A stretch of 64,000 bases of DNA. Origin: Gemmatimonadaceae bacterium (GTDB lineage Bacteria; Gemmatimonadota; Gemmatimonadetes; Gemmatimonadales; Gemmatimonadaceae). Location: NCBI GenBank assembly GCA_045803545.1, contig JBJMOW010000005.1, positions 64,001 through 128,000 on the forward strand. Direction: 5' to 3'. The stretch's first letter is position 1; each line of letters begins with the position of its first letter. The notes under the pieces were generated by a model. That model did not search any database and was not told the origin of the DNA. It saw only the letters and a list, made by a program, of their open reading frames with translations. The translations under genes were made by a program, and so were the position numbers. Below, in pieces: positions 40,655 to 49,101 of this stretch.

Positions 40655-41461
40655 CTACAGAAGCGACTGACGCATTGCCTCGCGATCGGGCTCGATACCG
40701 AACCAGCGCTGGAAGGAGAGCGCTCCCTGCTCCAGCAGCATCGGCAGGCCGTCTGCCGCGCGACAGCCTCTGCCTCGCGCCGATTTCACCCACGGTGTTC
40801 CACCCTGCCGATAAACGAGGTCGAACACCGCCGTGGCTGGCTCGATCATTTCTACGTCGACCGGTTCTTCATCATCGTGTTGGCCAACCGGGGTCGCATT
40901 CACGATCAATGTCGCTCCGTGCAGCGCTTTCTCCGGACTCGTTTCGACGCTGGCGACATCACGAAAACGTCGTGCAAGTTTGCGCGCCTTTTCGGAATTG
41001 CGCGAAACGATTGCCACGCGGGCGTTTTGCCACGACTCCGCGGCGGTGAGAACCGCTGCCGCTGCGCCCCCGCTCCCGAGCAGAACCACACGCGCATTGA
41101 CCGGTTCGCCACCGAGTAAAGCCCGGACAGCGCCGTCGAATCCAGCGACGTCGGTGTTGTCGCAGTGAAGCTCTCCCGATTCGAACCAGAAGGTGTTGAC
41201 CGCGCCAACACGACCCGCCACCTCGCTGACGTGGTCACAGCTGGCGTGAACCGCAGTCTTGTGCGGGATGGTGACGTTGCCAGCGGCTTTGGATTCCTTC
41301 AGCTCGCGCAGCACCGATCGCAGGTCGTCCGGCGCGACGTCGAGCGCCTCGTATTTCAGCGGGATCCGGGCCGAACGAAGCGCGGCGTTCTGAAACAGCG
41401 GCGAGAGCGAGTGACTCACCGGATGACCGAGCAGCACCAACCGCCCAGGATTTCTCGGCAC
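40655..41461 (-). CDS. aroE: Shikimate dehydrogenase
   Basis: GHPVSHSLSP, NVTIPHK, AVNT, NTD, NATPVG and DLVY motifs. Confidence 0.96.
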   Translation of the reverse strand: MPRNPGRLVLLGHPVSHSLSPLFQNAALRSARIPLKYEALDVAPDDLRSVLRELKESKAAGNVTIPHKTAVHASCDHVSEVAGRVGAVNTFWFESGELHCDNTDVAGFDGAVRALLGGEPVNARVVLLGSGGAAAAVLTAAESWQNARVAIVSRNSEKARKLARRFRDVASVETSPEKALHGATLIVNATPVGQHDDEEPVDVEMIEPATAVFDLVYRQGGTPWVKSARGRGCRAADGLPMLLEQGALSFQRWFGIEPDREAMRQSLL

Positions 41462-41475
41462 TTGCGGACTGGCTC

Positions 41476-41922
41476 TCAGGATTTCAGACGATCGAACAGC
41501 TTCTCTAGCTCGCGCTCGAGGATGTCGGCAGTGTGCCGATACGCGTCCAGGTCGCCGCCATACGGGTCGGTGATGCCGCCGTTGGTCGTGCCTGACGTGT
41601 ACTCGTCCATCACGTGGACTTTGCCACGCCCACCCAGCTGTCGAACCTGCTCGAGGTGTCCCGGCGTCATCACGAAGATCAAATCGGCCTCTGAGACGAT
41701 TTCCGGTGTAAGCTTGCGCGCGCGGTGCCCGGTGAGGTCGAGCTCGCGCTCCATCCCAACTAGAAGGGCTTCATCAGTGGCGGGCACATTGTCCCACGCA
41801 TTGGTCCCGGCGCTGGAGATGTTGACGTCGGCGATGCCCCGGCGCTGCGCGATTTTTCTCGCCAGAGCTTCGGCCATCGGACTGCGGCAGGTGTTGCCGC
41901 TGCACACGAAAAGGAGATTCAC
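41476..41922 (-). CDS. Low-molecular-weight protein phosphatase (YwlE-like, possibly arginine phosphatase)
   Basis: CSGNTCRS P-loop and DPYG general-acid loop. Confidence 0.92.
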   Translation of the reverse strand: MNLLFVCSGNTCRSPMAEALARKIAQRRGIADVNISSAGTNAWDNVPATDEALLVGMERELDLTGHRARKLTPEIVSEADLIFVMTPGHLEQVRQLGGRGKVHVMDEYTSGTTNGGITDPYGGDLDAYRHTADILERELEKLFDRLKS

Positions 41923-41923
41923 C

Positions 41924-42595
41924 TCAAGCGTCTCCGACCAAGTCCGGAACTCTCTCTTTGAGTTGTGCCGCGGAGATCGCTCCCGGACGAATTACACGCG
42001 GACGGCGACCGGTGCAATCAACGACCGTCGACGGCGACGACTCCTTTAACCGGCCACCGTCGAGTACGAGCAGTTTCCCTCGGACGACCGCGTCGGTCCA
42101 CTGCGTTACGATCTCGTCCGCGGCCATCGCCGGCGGTACACCAGGCCGATTGGCGCTCGTCGACGTGATGGGTCCGCCGTGAGCCATGATCAATCGCTGC
42201 AACGAGCGGTGCGGTGTCCACCGCACCGCGACGCCGCCTTCCGGACCGCGAAGTCGCGCCGGCACACGGTTCTCGCCGCCGGAAAGCACGAGGGTGAGCG
42301 GCCCGGGCCAAAATCGCGCGGCCAACGTGGCGGCGTAGCTGGAGAGATGCAACCCCAGCCGGGTAATCATGTCGCTGCTCGCGACGAGCAACAGGAACGG
42401 CTTGCCCGGCGCGCGTCCCTTGAGATTGACGAGCGATTCCACGGATTTTTCATCGACGGCACCACCGAATCCATAGACGGTTTCGGTTGGATACGCGAGC
42501 ACTTTGCCGGCGGCCAGATGCGCGAGGGTTCCGTTGATGGCAGCCTCGACTTCCTCTGGCGACCAGAACGGTACGACCATCGGCTGCGGCTTCAT
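41924..42595 (-). CDS. tsaC: Threonylcarbamoyl-AMP synthase (TsaC/YrdC type)
   Basis: YPTETVYG, LKGR, WPGPLT, STSAN and STVVD motifs. Confidence 0.95.
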   Translation of the reverse strand: MKPQPMVVPFWSPEEVEAAINGTLAHLAAGKVLAYPTETVYGFGGAVDEKSVESLVNLKGRAPGKPFLLLVASSDMITRLGLHLSSYAATLAARFWPGPLTLVLSGGENRVPARLRGPEGGVAVRWTPHRSLQRLIMAHGGPITSTSANRPGVPPAMAADEIVTQWTDAVVRGKLLVLDGGRLKESSPSTVVDCTGRRPRVIRPGAISAAQLKERVPDLVGDA

Positions 42596-43386
42596 TCGCG
42601 GAAGATACTTAGCGCCTCCGCCAACGCGAAATCCTTTTCCTCGGTGATTTTGAGCGCGCGTTCGCTGCCAGGCACTACCACCACCGGCAGTCCGATCTGT
42701 TCGCAGAGTGCCGCATCGTCGGTTGCAATTCGATCAGCCTCCCGCGCCTCGCGATGCGCGCGATCGATTACCGCCCGCGGAAATGCCTGCGGCGTCTGTG
42801 CGCGCCACAGTCCGAATCGGTCCACCGTTACTATCACGTTACCGCTCGAATCGACTCTTTTGAGAGTGTCCGATACGGGAAGCGCAGCGACAGCGCCCTT
42901 CCCCTGACGCGCTTCATCAATCACCCGACCGATAGTGTCCTGAGTGACGAGCGGACGCGCGGCATCGTGGATGACCACGATCTCGCATTCTGGCGGGAGA
43001 TCCTCTAGACCATTGGCCACTGATTCGCCGCGATGACTTCCGCCCAGCGAGAGCAGTAGTCGATCGGTGTCGCACTGAAAAATCCACGGTGGCGGATCTG
43101 CGACGTACTGTTTTGGTAGCACGCAGACGACCATGGCGACCTCGGGCCGTGCCTGAAACGCCTGCAGGCTATGGAGCAGCATTGGCTTTCCGGCGACCCA
43201 GCGAAATTGCTTGAGCTCGGCGGTTTCGGTGCGTGATCCCAATCCGGCGGCGACGATAATGACGCCGACATCGCGGGAGGCGGGATGCGGTCGGCGAGAG
43301 GCGGAGGCACTGCCGTCGTCCAGCATTTCGCCTGCCCCCTCTCGCCCCCCGCCTCCCTCAGCCATTGAACAAATGCCGGAAGACAT
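42592..43386 (-). CDS. ispD: 2-C-methyl-D-erythritol 4-phosphate cytidylyltransferase; start uncertain (43386, 43365 or 43326)
   Basis: AAGxGSR..KQF, IHDAARP, AQTPQAF, TDDA and KIT motifs. Confidence 0.95.
   Translation of the reverse strand: MSSGICSMAEGGGGREGAGEMLDDGSASASRRPHPASRDVGVIIVAAGLGSRTETAELKQFRWVAGKPMLLHSLQAFQARPEVAMVVCVLPKQYVADPPPWIFQCDTDRLLLSLGGSHRGESVANGLEDLPPECEIVVIHDAARPLVTQDTIGRVIDEARQGKGAVAALPVSDTLKRVDSSGNVIVTVDRFGLWRAQTPQAFPRAVIDRAHREAREADRIATDDAALCEQIGLPVVVVPGSERALKITEEKDFALAEALSIFRE
43273..43359. repeat. Imperfect inverted repeat of GGCGGGA/GCCTCCC-like heptamers within the ispD 5' region
   Basis: gcgggag gcgggat gcggtcg gcgagag on one arm; cgcctgc cccctct cgccccc cgcctcc on the other. 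Confidence 0.7.
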
Positions 43387-44755
43387 CTGTGATCGTGCGC
43401 ACGCCTACGATCTCGATTCCGCGCGTTGGGCGTTTTGGAATTCCCCGCTCTGCGAGATAAGCCGTCGTCATTCCCATCTTCGCGGCTTCGCCGAGGCGTC
43501 GCTCGGCTTGGGATACCGGCCTGATCTCTCCGCCGAGGCCGACTTCTCCCAGAAAGATCATGGAGCTGCCGACCGGCTTGTCGTACACGCTCGACGCCAG
43601 CGCGCTGGCGACCGCCAGATCACCTGCCGGCTCCTGCATCCGCACGCCGCCGACAACGTTGAGGAACACATCCAGTTGCGAGAACGAAAGGCCGGCGCGC
43701 TTGTCGAGTACCGCCAGCAGCAGCGCGAGACGACGCGGATCGTAGCCGGTGCTAACCCGCTGCGGAGTTCCGTAACCAGCCTTCGCCGCCAGCCCCTGAA
43801 TCTCGATCAACACCGGACGCGACCCCTCGAGCAATGCAGTCACCGCACTGCCCGACGCGTTTTCGAGGCGATCGCCGAGGAATAGCTCCGACGGATTCTC
43901 GACGGCGATGAGGCCTTCCTCGGTCATCCTGAACACGCCGATCTCGTCGACGCTGCCGAAGCGGTTCTTGGTCGCTCGCAACAGCCGATGCTCGAGCATG
44001 CCTTCGCCTTCGAAGTACAAAACGGTGTCGACGATGTGCTCCAGCGTTTTCGGGCCGGCAATGCCGCCGCCTTTGGTCACATGGCCAATCGCAAAGACCG
44101 TGGTCTCGGTTTCCTTGGCGAAGCGCATCAACCGGGCGGCACATTCCCGCACCTGTCCTACGTTACCCGGCGCTCCCTCGAGATCGCTCGTGAAGATCGT
44201 CTGAATGGAGTCGACGATCACGGCGTCAAATTTCTGCGAGGCCGCCGTAGCAATGATGGTTTCGAGCAGCGTCTCGTTGAGCAGCGCAACATCTTCAGCC
44301 GAGCCATGCAGACGCTCGGCGCGGAGCTTGACCTGCAGCGCTGATTCTTCGCCTGACACGTAAAGCGCCGAGTGTCCCAGCGACTGTAGCTTGCCCGCCA
44401 CCTGCAACAGCAGAGTCGACTTGCCGATCCCCGGCTCACCACCGACGAGGACCATCGAGCCGGGAACGATTCCCCCTCCCAGCACAAAATCGAATTCGCG
44501 GATCCCGGTCTTGAGTCGGCGTCCTTCCGAGCTCCTGATCTCGCGCAGGCGCGGCGTCGGTGCGACGCTGCCGCCCTCCGCCATCGACCGCTTGCCGCCG
44601 ACGCGCCGACTTGATGCGGAGGTCGACGCAGAGGAAGTCGCTATCTCCTCGACCAGCGAATTCCACTCGCCGCAGACGTCGCAGCGTCCCGCCCACTTGG
44701 GGTGATCAGCGCCGCAATTCGTGCAGCGATAGACCGTTTTTGCTTTTGGACTCAC
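43358..44755 (-). CDS. radA: DNA repair protein RadA/Sms
   Basis: N-terminal C4 zinc finger, GEPGIGKST, KNRFG and Lon-like C-terminal domain. Confidence 0.98.
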   Translation of the reverse strand: MSPKAKTVYRCTNCGADHPKWAGRCDVCGEWNSLVEEIATSSASTSASSRRVGGKRSMAEGGSVAPTPRLREIRSSEGRRLKTGIREFDFVLGGGIVPGSMVLVGGEPGIGKSTLLLQVAGKLQSLGHSALYVSGEESALQVKLRAERLHGSAEDVALLNETLLETIIATAASQKFDAVIVDSIQTIFTSDLEGAPGNVGQVRECAARLMRFAKETETTVFAIGHVTKGGGIAGPKTLEHIVDTVLYFEGEGMLEHRLLRATKNRFGSVDEIGVFRMTEEGLIAVENPSELFLGDRLENASGSAVTALLEGSRPVLIEIQGLAAKAGYGTPQRVSTGYDPRRLALLLAVLDKRAGLSFSQLDVFLNVVGGVRMQEPAGDLAVASALASSVYDKPVGSSMIFLGEVGLGGEIRPVSQAERRLGEAAKMGMTTAYLAERGIPKRPTRGIEIVGVRTITDVFRHLFNG

Positions 44756-46152
44756 TGAGTCAAACGAGGCGACAGATTCTCGAAGCGCGTGTAGGTCTTG
44801 TTGAAATAGAGATTGATGAAACCTGTCGGTCCGTTGCGCTGCTTGCCGACGATGATCTCCGCGCGGCCCTCGAGAGAGTTGCCGTCCTTGTCCGTCGGTC
44901 CGTCGTACATCTCCTGGCGGTAAATGAACATCACCAGATCGGCATCCTGCTCGATGGCACCCGACTCACGAAGGTCGGACAGTTGCGGCCGCTTGTTCTC
45001 CCCCGCTCGCTGCTCGGGGGCACGTGAAAGCTGCGACAGGGCGACGACCGGAATCCGCAGCTCGCGCGCGAGTGCTTTGAGCGATCGCGAGATGTAGCTG
45101 ATCTCCTGCTGACGACTCTCAACGTCACGCGGACCCGCCATCAGTTGCAGATAGTCCACAACCACCATGCCAATGTTGTTCTCCATCTTCAGCCGACGTG
45201 CCTTGGATCTCATCTCCAGCAGATTCATCGCCGGCGTATCGTCGATCCAGATCGGTGCATGGCTAAGAATGCCCGCCGCGCGGCCCAGTCGGACGAACTC
45301 GTCGTCGTGCAAGCGGCCTTTGCGCAGGCGTTGAGCGTCGACGCGCCCTTCGGAAGTGAGCAGTCGCTGCACGAGCTGCTCCTTGCTCATCTCCAGAGAG
45401 AAGAACGCCACTGGAACGTTGTTATCGAGCGCCGCATTCTGCGCGATGTTGAGCACGAAGGCCGTCTTTCCCATCGAGGGTCGAGCCGCAACGATGATCA
45501 GATCTGACGGTTGGAAACCTGCAGTCATCTCGTCGAGATCCTTGAACCCGCTCGCCACGCCCGTAATCGATCCGCCGCCGCGTTGGATCTCCTCGATGCG
45601 TTCCATCGTCGGCCAGAGCAGCTCCTTGATGCGCATGAAGCCTTCGCTGCCGCGGCTTTGGTTGACCTCGAAGATTCGGTGCTCTGCTTCGTCGAGCAGC
45701 TCGGTCGAAGGGGCACCGGATTCGAACGCCTCCGCTACGATCGAGGTCGACACTTCGATCAGCCGCCGACGCAGTGCCTTCTCGCGAACGATCTTGGCGT
45801 GATACTCGATGTTCGCCGCGGTGGGCACCGCGTCGACGAGAAATCCGATGTAATCCTTCCCGCCACTCGATTCGAGTGAGTTCGTCCGCGCGAGCTCCTC
45901 GGAGAGTGTGAGCGGGTCTACTACATCACCGCGCTCCGAGAGCGCGAGCATCGCTCGGAATATCCGCCGATGTCCCTCGCGGTAGAACATCGTGTCGTCG
46001 AGGAACTCGGTGGCGCGAAGAATCGCGTCGGGATCCATGAGCATCGCCGACAATACCGCCTGCTCAGCATCTTCCGAGTAGGGCGGCCGACGATCCTTGT
46101 ACGGATCACGCGCGGGTGCTGCTATCGAGAATTCTACGGGCGAGCTTGACAT
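44752..46152 (-). CDS. dnaB: Replicative DNA helicase (no intein)
   Basis: ARPSMGKT, DYLQL, LSQLSR, DLRESGAIEQDAD and KQRNGP motifs. Confidence 0.98.
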   Translation of the reverse strand: MSSSPVEFSIAAPARDPYKDRRPPYSEDAEQAVLSAMLMDPDAILRATEFLDDTMFYREGHRRIFRAMLALSERGDVVDPLTLSEELARTNSLESSGGKDYIGFLVDAVPTAANIEYHAKIVREKALRRRLIEVSTSIVAEAFESGAPSTELLDEAEHRIFEVNQSRGSEGFMRIKELLWPTMERIEEIQRGGGSITGVASGFKDLDEMTAGFQPSDLIIVAARPSMGKTAFVLNIAQNAALDNNVPVAFFSLEMSKEQLVQRLLTSEGRVDAQRLRKGRLHDDEFVRLGRAAGILSHAPIWIDDTPAMNLLEMRSKARRLKMENNIGMVVVDYLQLMAGPRDVESRQQEISYISRSLKALARELRIPVVALSQLSRAPEQRAGENKRPQLSDLRESGAIEQDADLVMFIYRQEMYDGPTDKDGNSLEGRAEIIVGKQRNGPTGFINLYFNKTYTRFENLSPRLTQ

Positions 46153-47041
46153 CTTCCCACGTCGGGCGTTTCCAGGCCGGATTGCGTAGCAAAGCCGCCG
46201 GGTGATAAGTGACGACGAGCGGTATGCCGTGATATTTGTGCATCAAACCACGGAGCTGGCCGATCGGCGTTTTGGAGTTCAGGAGAGTTTGGGCAGCGAA
46301 GGTCCCAAACGCAACGATGACTTTCGGCTTGATCAGCTCCAGCTGACGAATCAAATAAGGACTGCACGCTTCGACTTCTTCCGGTCGCGGATTTCTGTTT
46401 CCAGGCGGACGATGTTTGAGAACGTTGCAGATGAAGACGTCTTCACGAGTTAGGTCAATCGCCGCGAGAATCTTGTTGAGCAGCTGACCGGCCTGACCGA
46501 CGAACGGTCGACCGGTTTCATCTTCCTTTGCGCCGGGCGCTTCTCCAACGCAGACGAGCTTGGCCTTCGGGTTGCCCTCACCCGGAACTCCCTGAGTCGC
46601 AGTCTCATAGAGCGGACAGCGTGTGCACTTCTGAACTTTTTTTGCAATCTCTTCGAGCGAGTTCAACTTCTCGATCGCACTCGGAATCAGCTCCGCTTCA
46701 CCTGACGAGATGACGATTCCTTTCTTGAAGGCCATTTCTGTTGCGGGCTCGGCGCCGGGTGGGAGGAAAGATTCCTTTGTCGCGGAGGAACCTGCGTCAA
46801 CATTCACGCCAGCCTGGCGCAGCGAATCGCGCCAGTCTTTGAGATCTTGTCCGGAGATTTCTTCAGCGAGTTGTCGCAGACTAGGCCCAGCGCTCTGCAA
46901 GGTTGCCGTCGGCGCAGCGCGACCGACGGCGCCGAGCAACCTCATCACTTCTTCGACATCGAGCGAGTCGAGCACCAGCTCCGTTTCCCCGAGTTCGCGA
47001 CGCTGCTCGAGGTACCGGCGGAGCAGCGACTTAGCGTCCAC
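46106..47041 (-). CDS. Uracil-DNA glycosylase family 4 with N-terminal extension
   Basis: CTRCPL, GEAPG, RPFVG, RPPGNR and TYHPAALLR motifs. Confidence 0.93.
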   Translation of the reverse strand: MDAKSLLRRYLEQRRELGETELVLDSLDVEEVMRLLGAVGRAAPTATLQSAGPSLRQLAEEISGQDLKDWRDSLRQAGVNVDAGSSATKESFLPPGAEPATEMAFKKGIVISSGEAELIPSAIEKLNSLEEIAKKVQKCTRCPLYETATQGVPGEGNPKAKLVCVGEAPGAKEDETGRPFVGQAGQLLNKILAAIDLTREDVFICNVLKHRPPGNRNPRPEEVEACSPYLIRQLELIKPKVIVAFGTFAAQTLLNSKTPIGQLRGLMHKYHGIPLVVTYHPAALLRNPAWKRPTWEDVKLARRILDSSTRA

Positions 47042-48236
47042 GCAGCGCGACCTCGATCCGATCGAGAATGGCTTCTGCTACGTCCGACTTGGACATCAGC
47101 TGCAGCGCGTCCTCCTTTCCGGTACGATCGATGATTGTCACGCGATTTGTATCGACTCCGAAGCCCGCCCCAGGCTCAGTCGCGTCGTTCAGCACCACGA
47201 AGTCGAGATCCTTTGATTTGAGCTTGTCACGCGCGTTTTTCGCGCCGTCGTTAGTCTCCAGCGCGAACCCAACCACGACCCCGTTCTTTTTTCGTTTTGC
47301 CATCGTCGATTTCAAAATGTCCACGGTTGGCTCGAGCTCGATTTTGGGCGCCGTTTTGCCTTTTTTGATTTTCTGACCCGCGGCCAACGAGGGTCGGAAA
47401 TCGGCGGGTGCAGCGGCCATGATCAGCGCGTCGGCTTTTGGCAGCGCATCACCAACGGCCTTCGCCATCTCCTCCACCGTCTCGGTTTTGGTTGCGCGGA
47501 TTTCCGGTGGTAACGGGACGTCGACGTGTCCGGTAATCAATTGCACCTCCGCGCCACGTCGCCACGCCGCCCGTGCCAACGCAACGCCCATTTTTCCGCT
47601 GCTGTGATTGGAGATGAAGCGAACAGGATCGATTTGCTCGCGAGTAGCTCCCGCGGTTACCACAATCGTGCGACCGCGCAGCGATGATTTCTTCTCCAGC
47701 AACCGGCCGATGTGGCTGATGATCGTCTCGGGCTCCGGCATTCGCCCGGGTCCGCTTCCCTCTCCCACCGCCAGCGGACCTTCGTCGGGCGCGAGGATCT
47801 CGTAGCCAAGTGATTTCGCCTGCTGGATGTTCCGTTGAGTCTGGGTGTGCGCCCACATCCGGTCGTTCATCGCCGGCACGAGCAGAACTTTGCTCGTCGC
47901 GGCGAGAAGGCACGCCGTCAGCAAATCGTCGGCAAGACCGTGCACTGCTCGTCCGATGAAATCCGCAGTCGCCGGAGCTACGACAATGACGCTGGCCTCA
48001 CGCGCCAGCTTGACGTGATCGAGAGCGTGGCCGGGGCCGAAAATCTCAGTGTGAACCGGACGGCCGCTAACTGCTTCGAAGGTGATCGGACCGACGAACT
48101 CGCGAGCACCGCGAGTCATCACGACATCTACTTCAGCACCGGCCTGTGTAAGCAAACGCGCCAGCCACACTGATTTGTAGCTGGCGATGCCCCCGGTGAT
48201 GCCGAGGAGGACGCGAGTGCCGTCGAAGGGACGCGC
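47031..48236 (-). CDS. coaBC: Bifunctional phosphopantothenoylcysteine decarboxylase/synthase; inferred non-canonical GCG start
   Basis: The frame continues upstream of the track start (48170) through the conserved RVLLGITGGIASYKS. Also APATAD, PAMN, GRMPEP, DPVRFISNHSSGKMG and GFALET motifs. Confidence 0.93.
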   Translation of the reverse strand, partial: ARPFDGTRVLLGITGGIASYKSVWLARLLTQAGAEVDVVMTRGAREFVGPITFEAVSGRPVHTEIFGPGHALDHVKLAREASVIVVAPATADFIGRAVHGLADDLLTACLLAATSKVLLVPAMNDRMWAHTQTQRNIQQAKSLGYEILAPDEGPLAVGEGSGPGRMPEPETIISHIGRLLEKKSSLRGRTIVVTAGATREQIDPVRFISNHSSGKMGVALARAAWRRGAEVQLITGHVDVPLPPEIRATKTETVEEMAKAVGDALPKADALIMAAAPADFRPSLAAGQKIKKGKTAPKIELEPTVDILKSTMAKRKKNGVVVGFALETNDGAKNARDKLKSKDLDFVVLNDATEPGAGFGVDTNRVTIIDRTGKEDALQLMSKSDVAEAILDRIEVALRGR

Positions 48237-48241
48237 GGTAG

Positions 48242-48451
48242 CTACTCCGTACGGCGGCGCGGTACGACGCGATACTCGACCTGACCGTCGGTCAGTTCTT
48301 CGAGCGACCGCGTGGTCAGTTTCTTCTCGCCCGGCGCTGAGCGATCGCGTGGGAACTCGTTGAGAACGCGGGCATACTTCGCCGCGACGAGAACTCCCAG
48401 GTATTTGTTCGTCGCGTGCTTCGCGACTTCGGTCGGAATGAAAACCTGCAT
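48242..48451 (-). CDS. rpoZ: RNA polymerase omega subunit
   Basis: NKYLGVLVAAKYAR motif; canonical gmk-rpoZ-coaBC order. Confidence 0.88.
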   Translation of the reverse strand: MQVFIPTEVAKHATNKYLGVLVAAKYARVLNEFPRDRSAPGEKKLTTRSLEELTDGQVEYRVVPRRRTE

Positions 48452-49101
48452 TACTTCCCCTTTGAGTATTGATCGATTGCCCGCTGGATTCCGTCCAGCA
48501 ATTCCTTCACTCGGCGGTCGAGCCCTGAAACTTTCGACCGTTGGAAACGATCGCCTTTGCCGTCGATGATCGCCGAGACCGCTTCAACAGCCGTATCGAG
48601 CTTGTCGTTGACCACCACGTACTGGTACAAATCTATCGCTTTTAACTCGGCGATGGCACTCTCAAAACGACGCACCAGGGCGCCAATGTCTTCGGTTCCA
48701 CGAGCCTCGAGGCGCTCAATCAGGGCCTCGCTCGAAGGCGGAAGGATGAAAATCAGCAGCGAATTCGGAAAAGCCTCGACGAATTGGCGGGTTCCCTGGA
48801 CATCAATGTCCATGATCACGTTGCGGCCTGAGGCGAGCACGCGCTGGACTTCCGATCGAAGCGTGCCGTACAGGTGTCCGTGAACGGTCGCTGACTCCGC
48901 AAAGCCGCCGCCCTTCTGTCGGTGTTTGAACTCCTCGGGGGAGACGAAGTAGTAGTCGCGCCCATCTCGCTCAGCCGGCCGAGGTGCGCGGGTAGTACAG
49001 GACACCGAGTACCCGACGTCCTCGCGTGTTGCAAGAAGCTGGTGGGCGATTGTGGTCTTTCCGCCACCGGAAGGTGAGGAAAGAATGATCGGGACCGGCA
49101 T
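48451..49101 (-). CDS. gmk: Guanylate kinase
   Basis: SPSGGGKTT, SCTTRAPR, DYYF and DIDVQG motifs. Confidence 0.97.
   Translation of the reverse strand: MPVPIILSSPSGGGKTTIAHQLLATREDVGYSVSCTTRAPRPAERDGRDYYFVSPEEFKHRQKGGGFAESATVHGHLYGTLRSEVQRVLASGRNVIMDIDVQGTRQFVEAFPNSLLIFILPPSSEALIERLEARGTEDIGALVRRFESAIAELKAIDLYQYVVVNDKLDTAVEAVSAIIDGKGDRFQRSKVSGLDRRVKELLDGIQRAIDQYSKGK

Noticed and set aside
44752..46152. Possible intein in DnaB
   Set aside because: Length (466 aa) and contiguous helicase motifs leave no room for an insertion.
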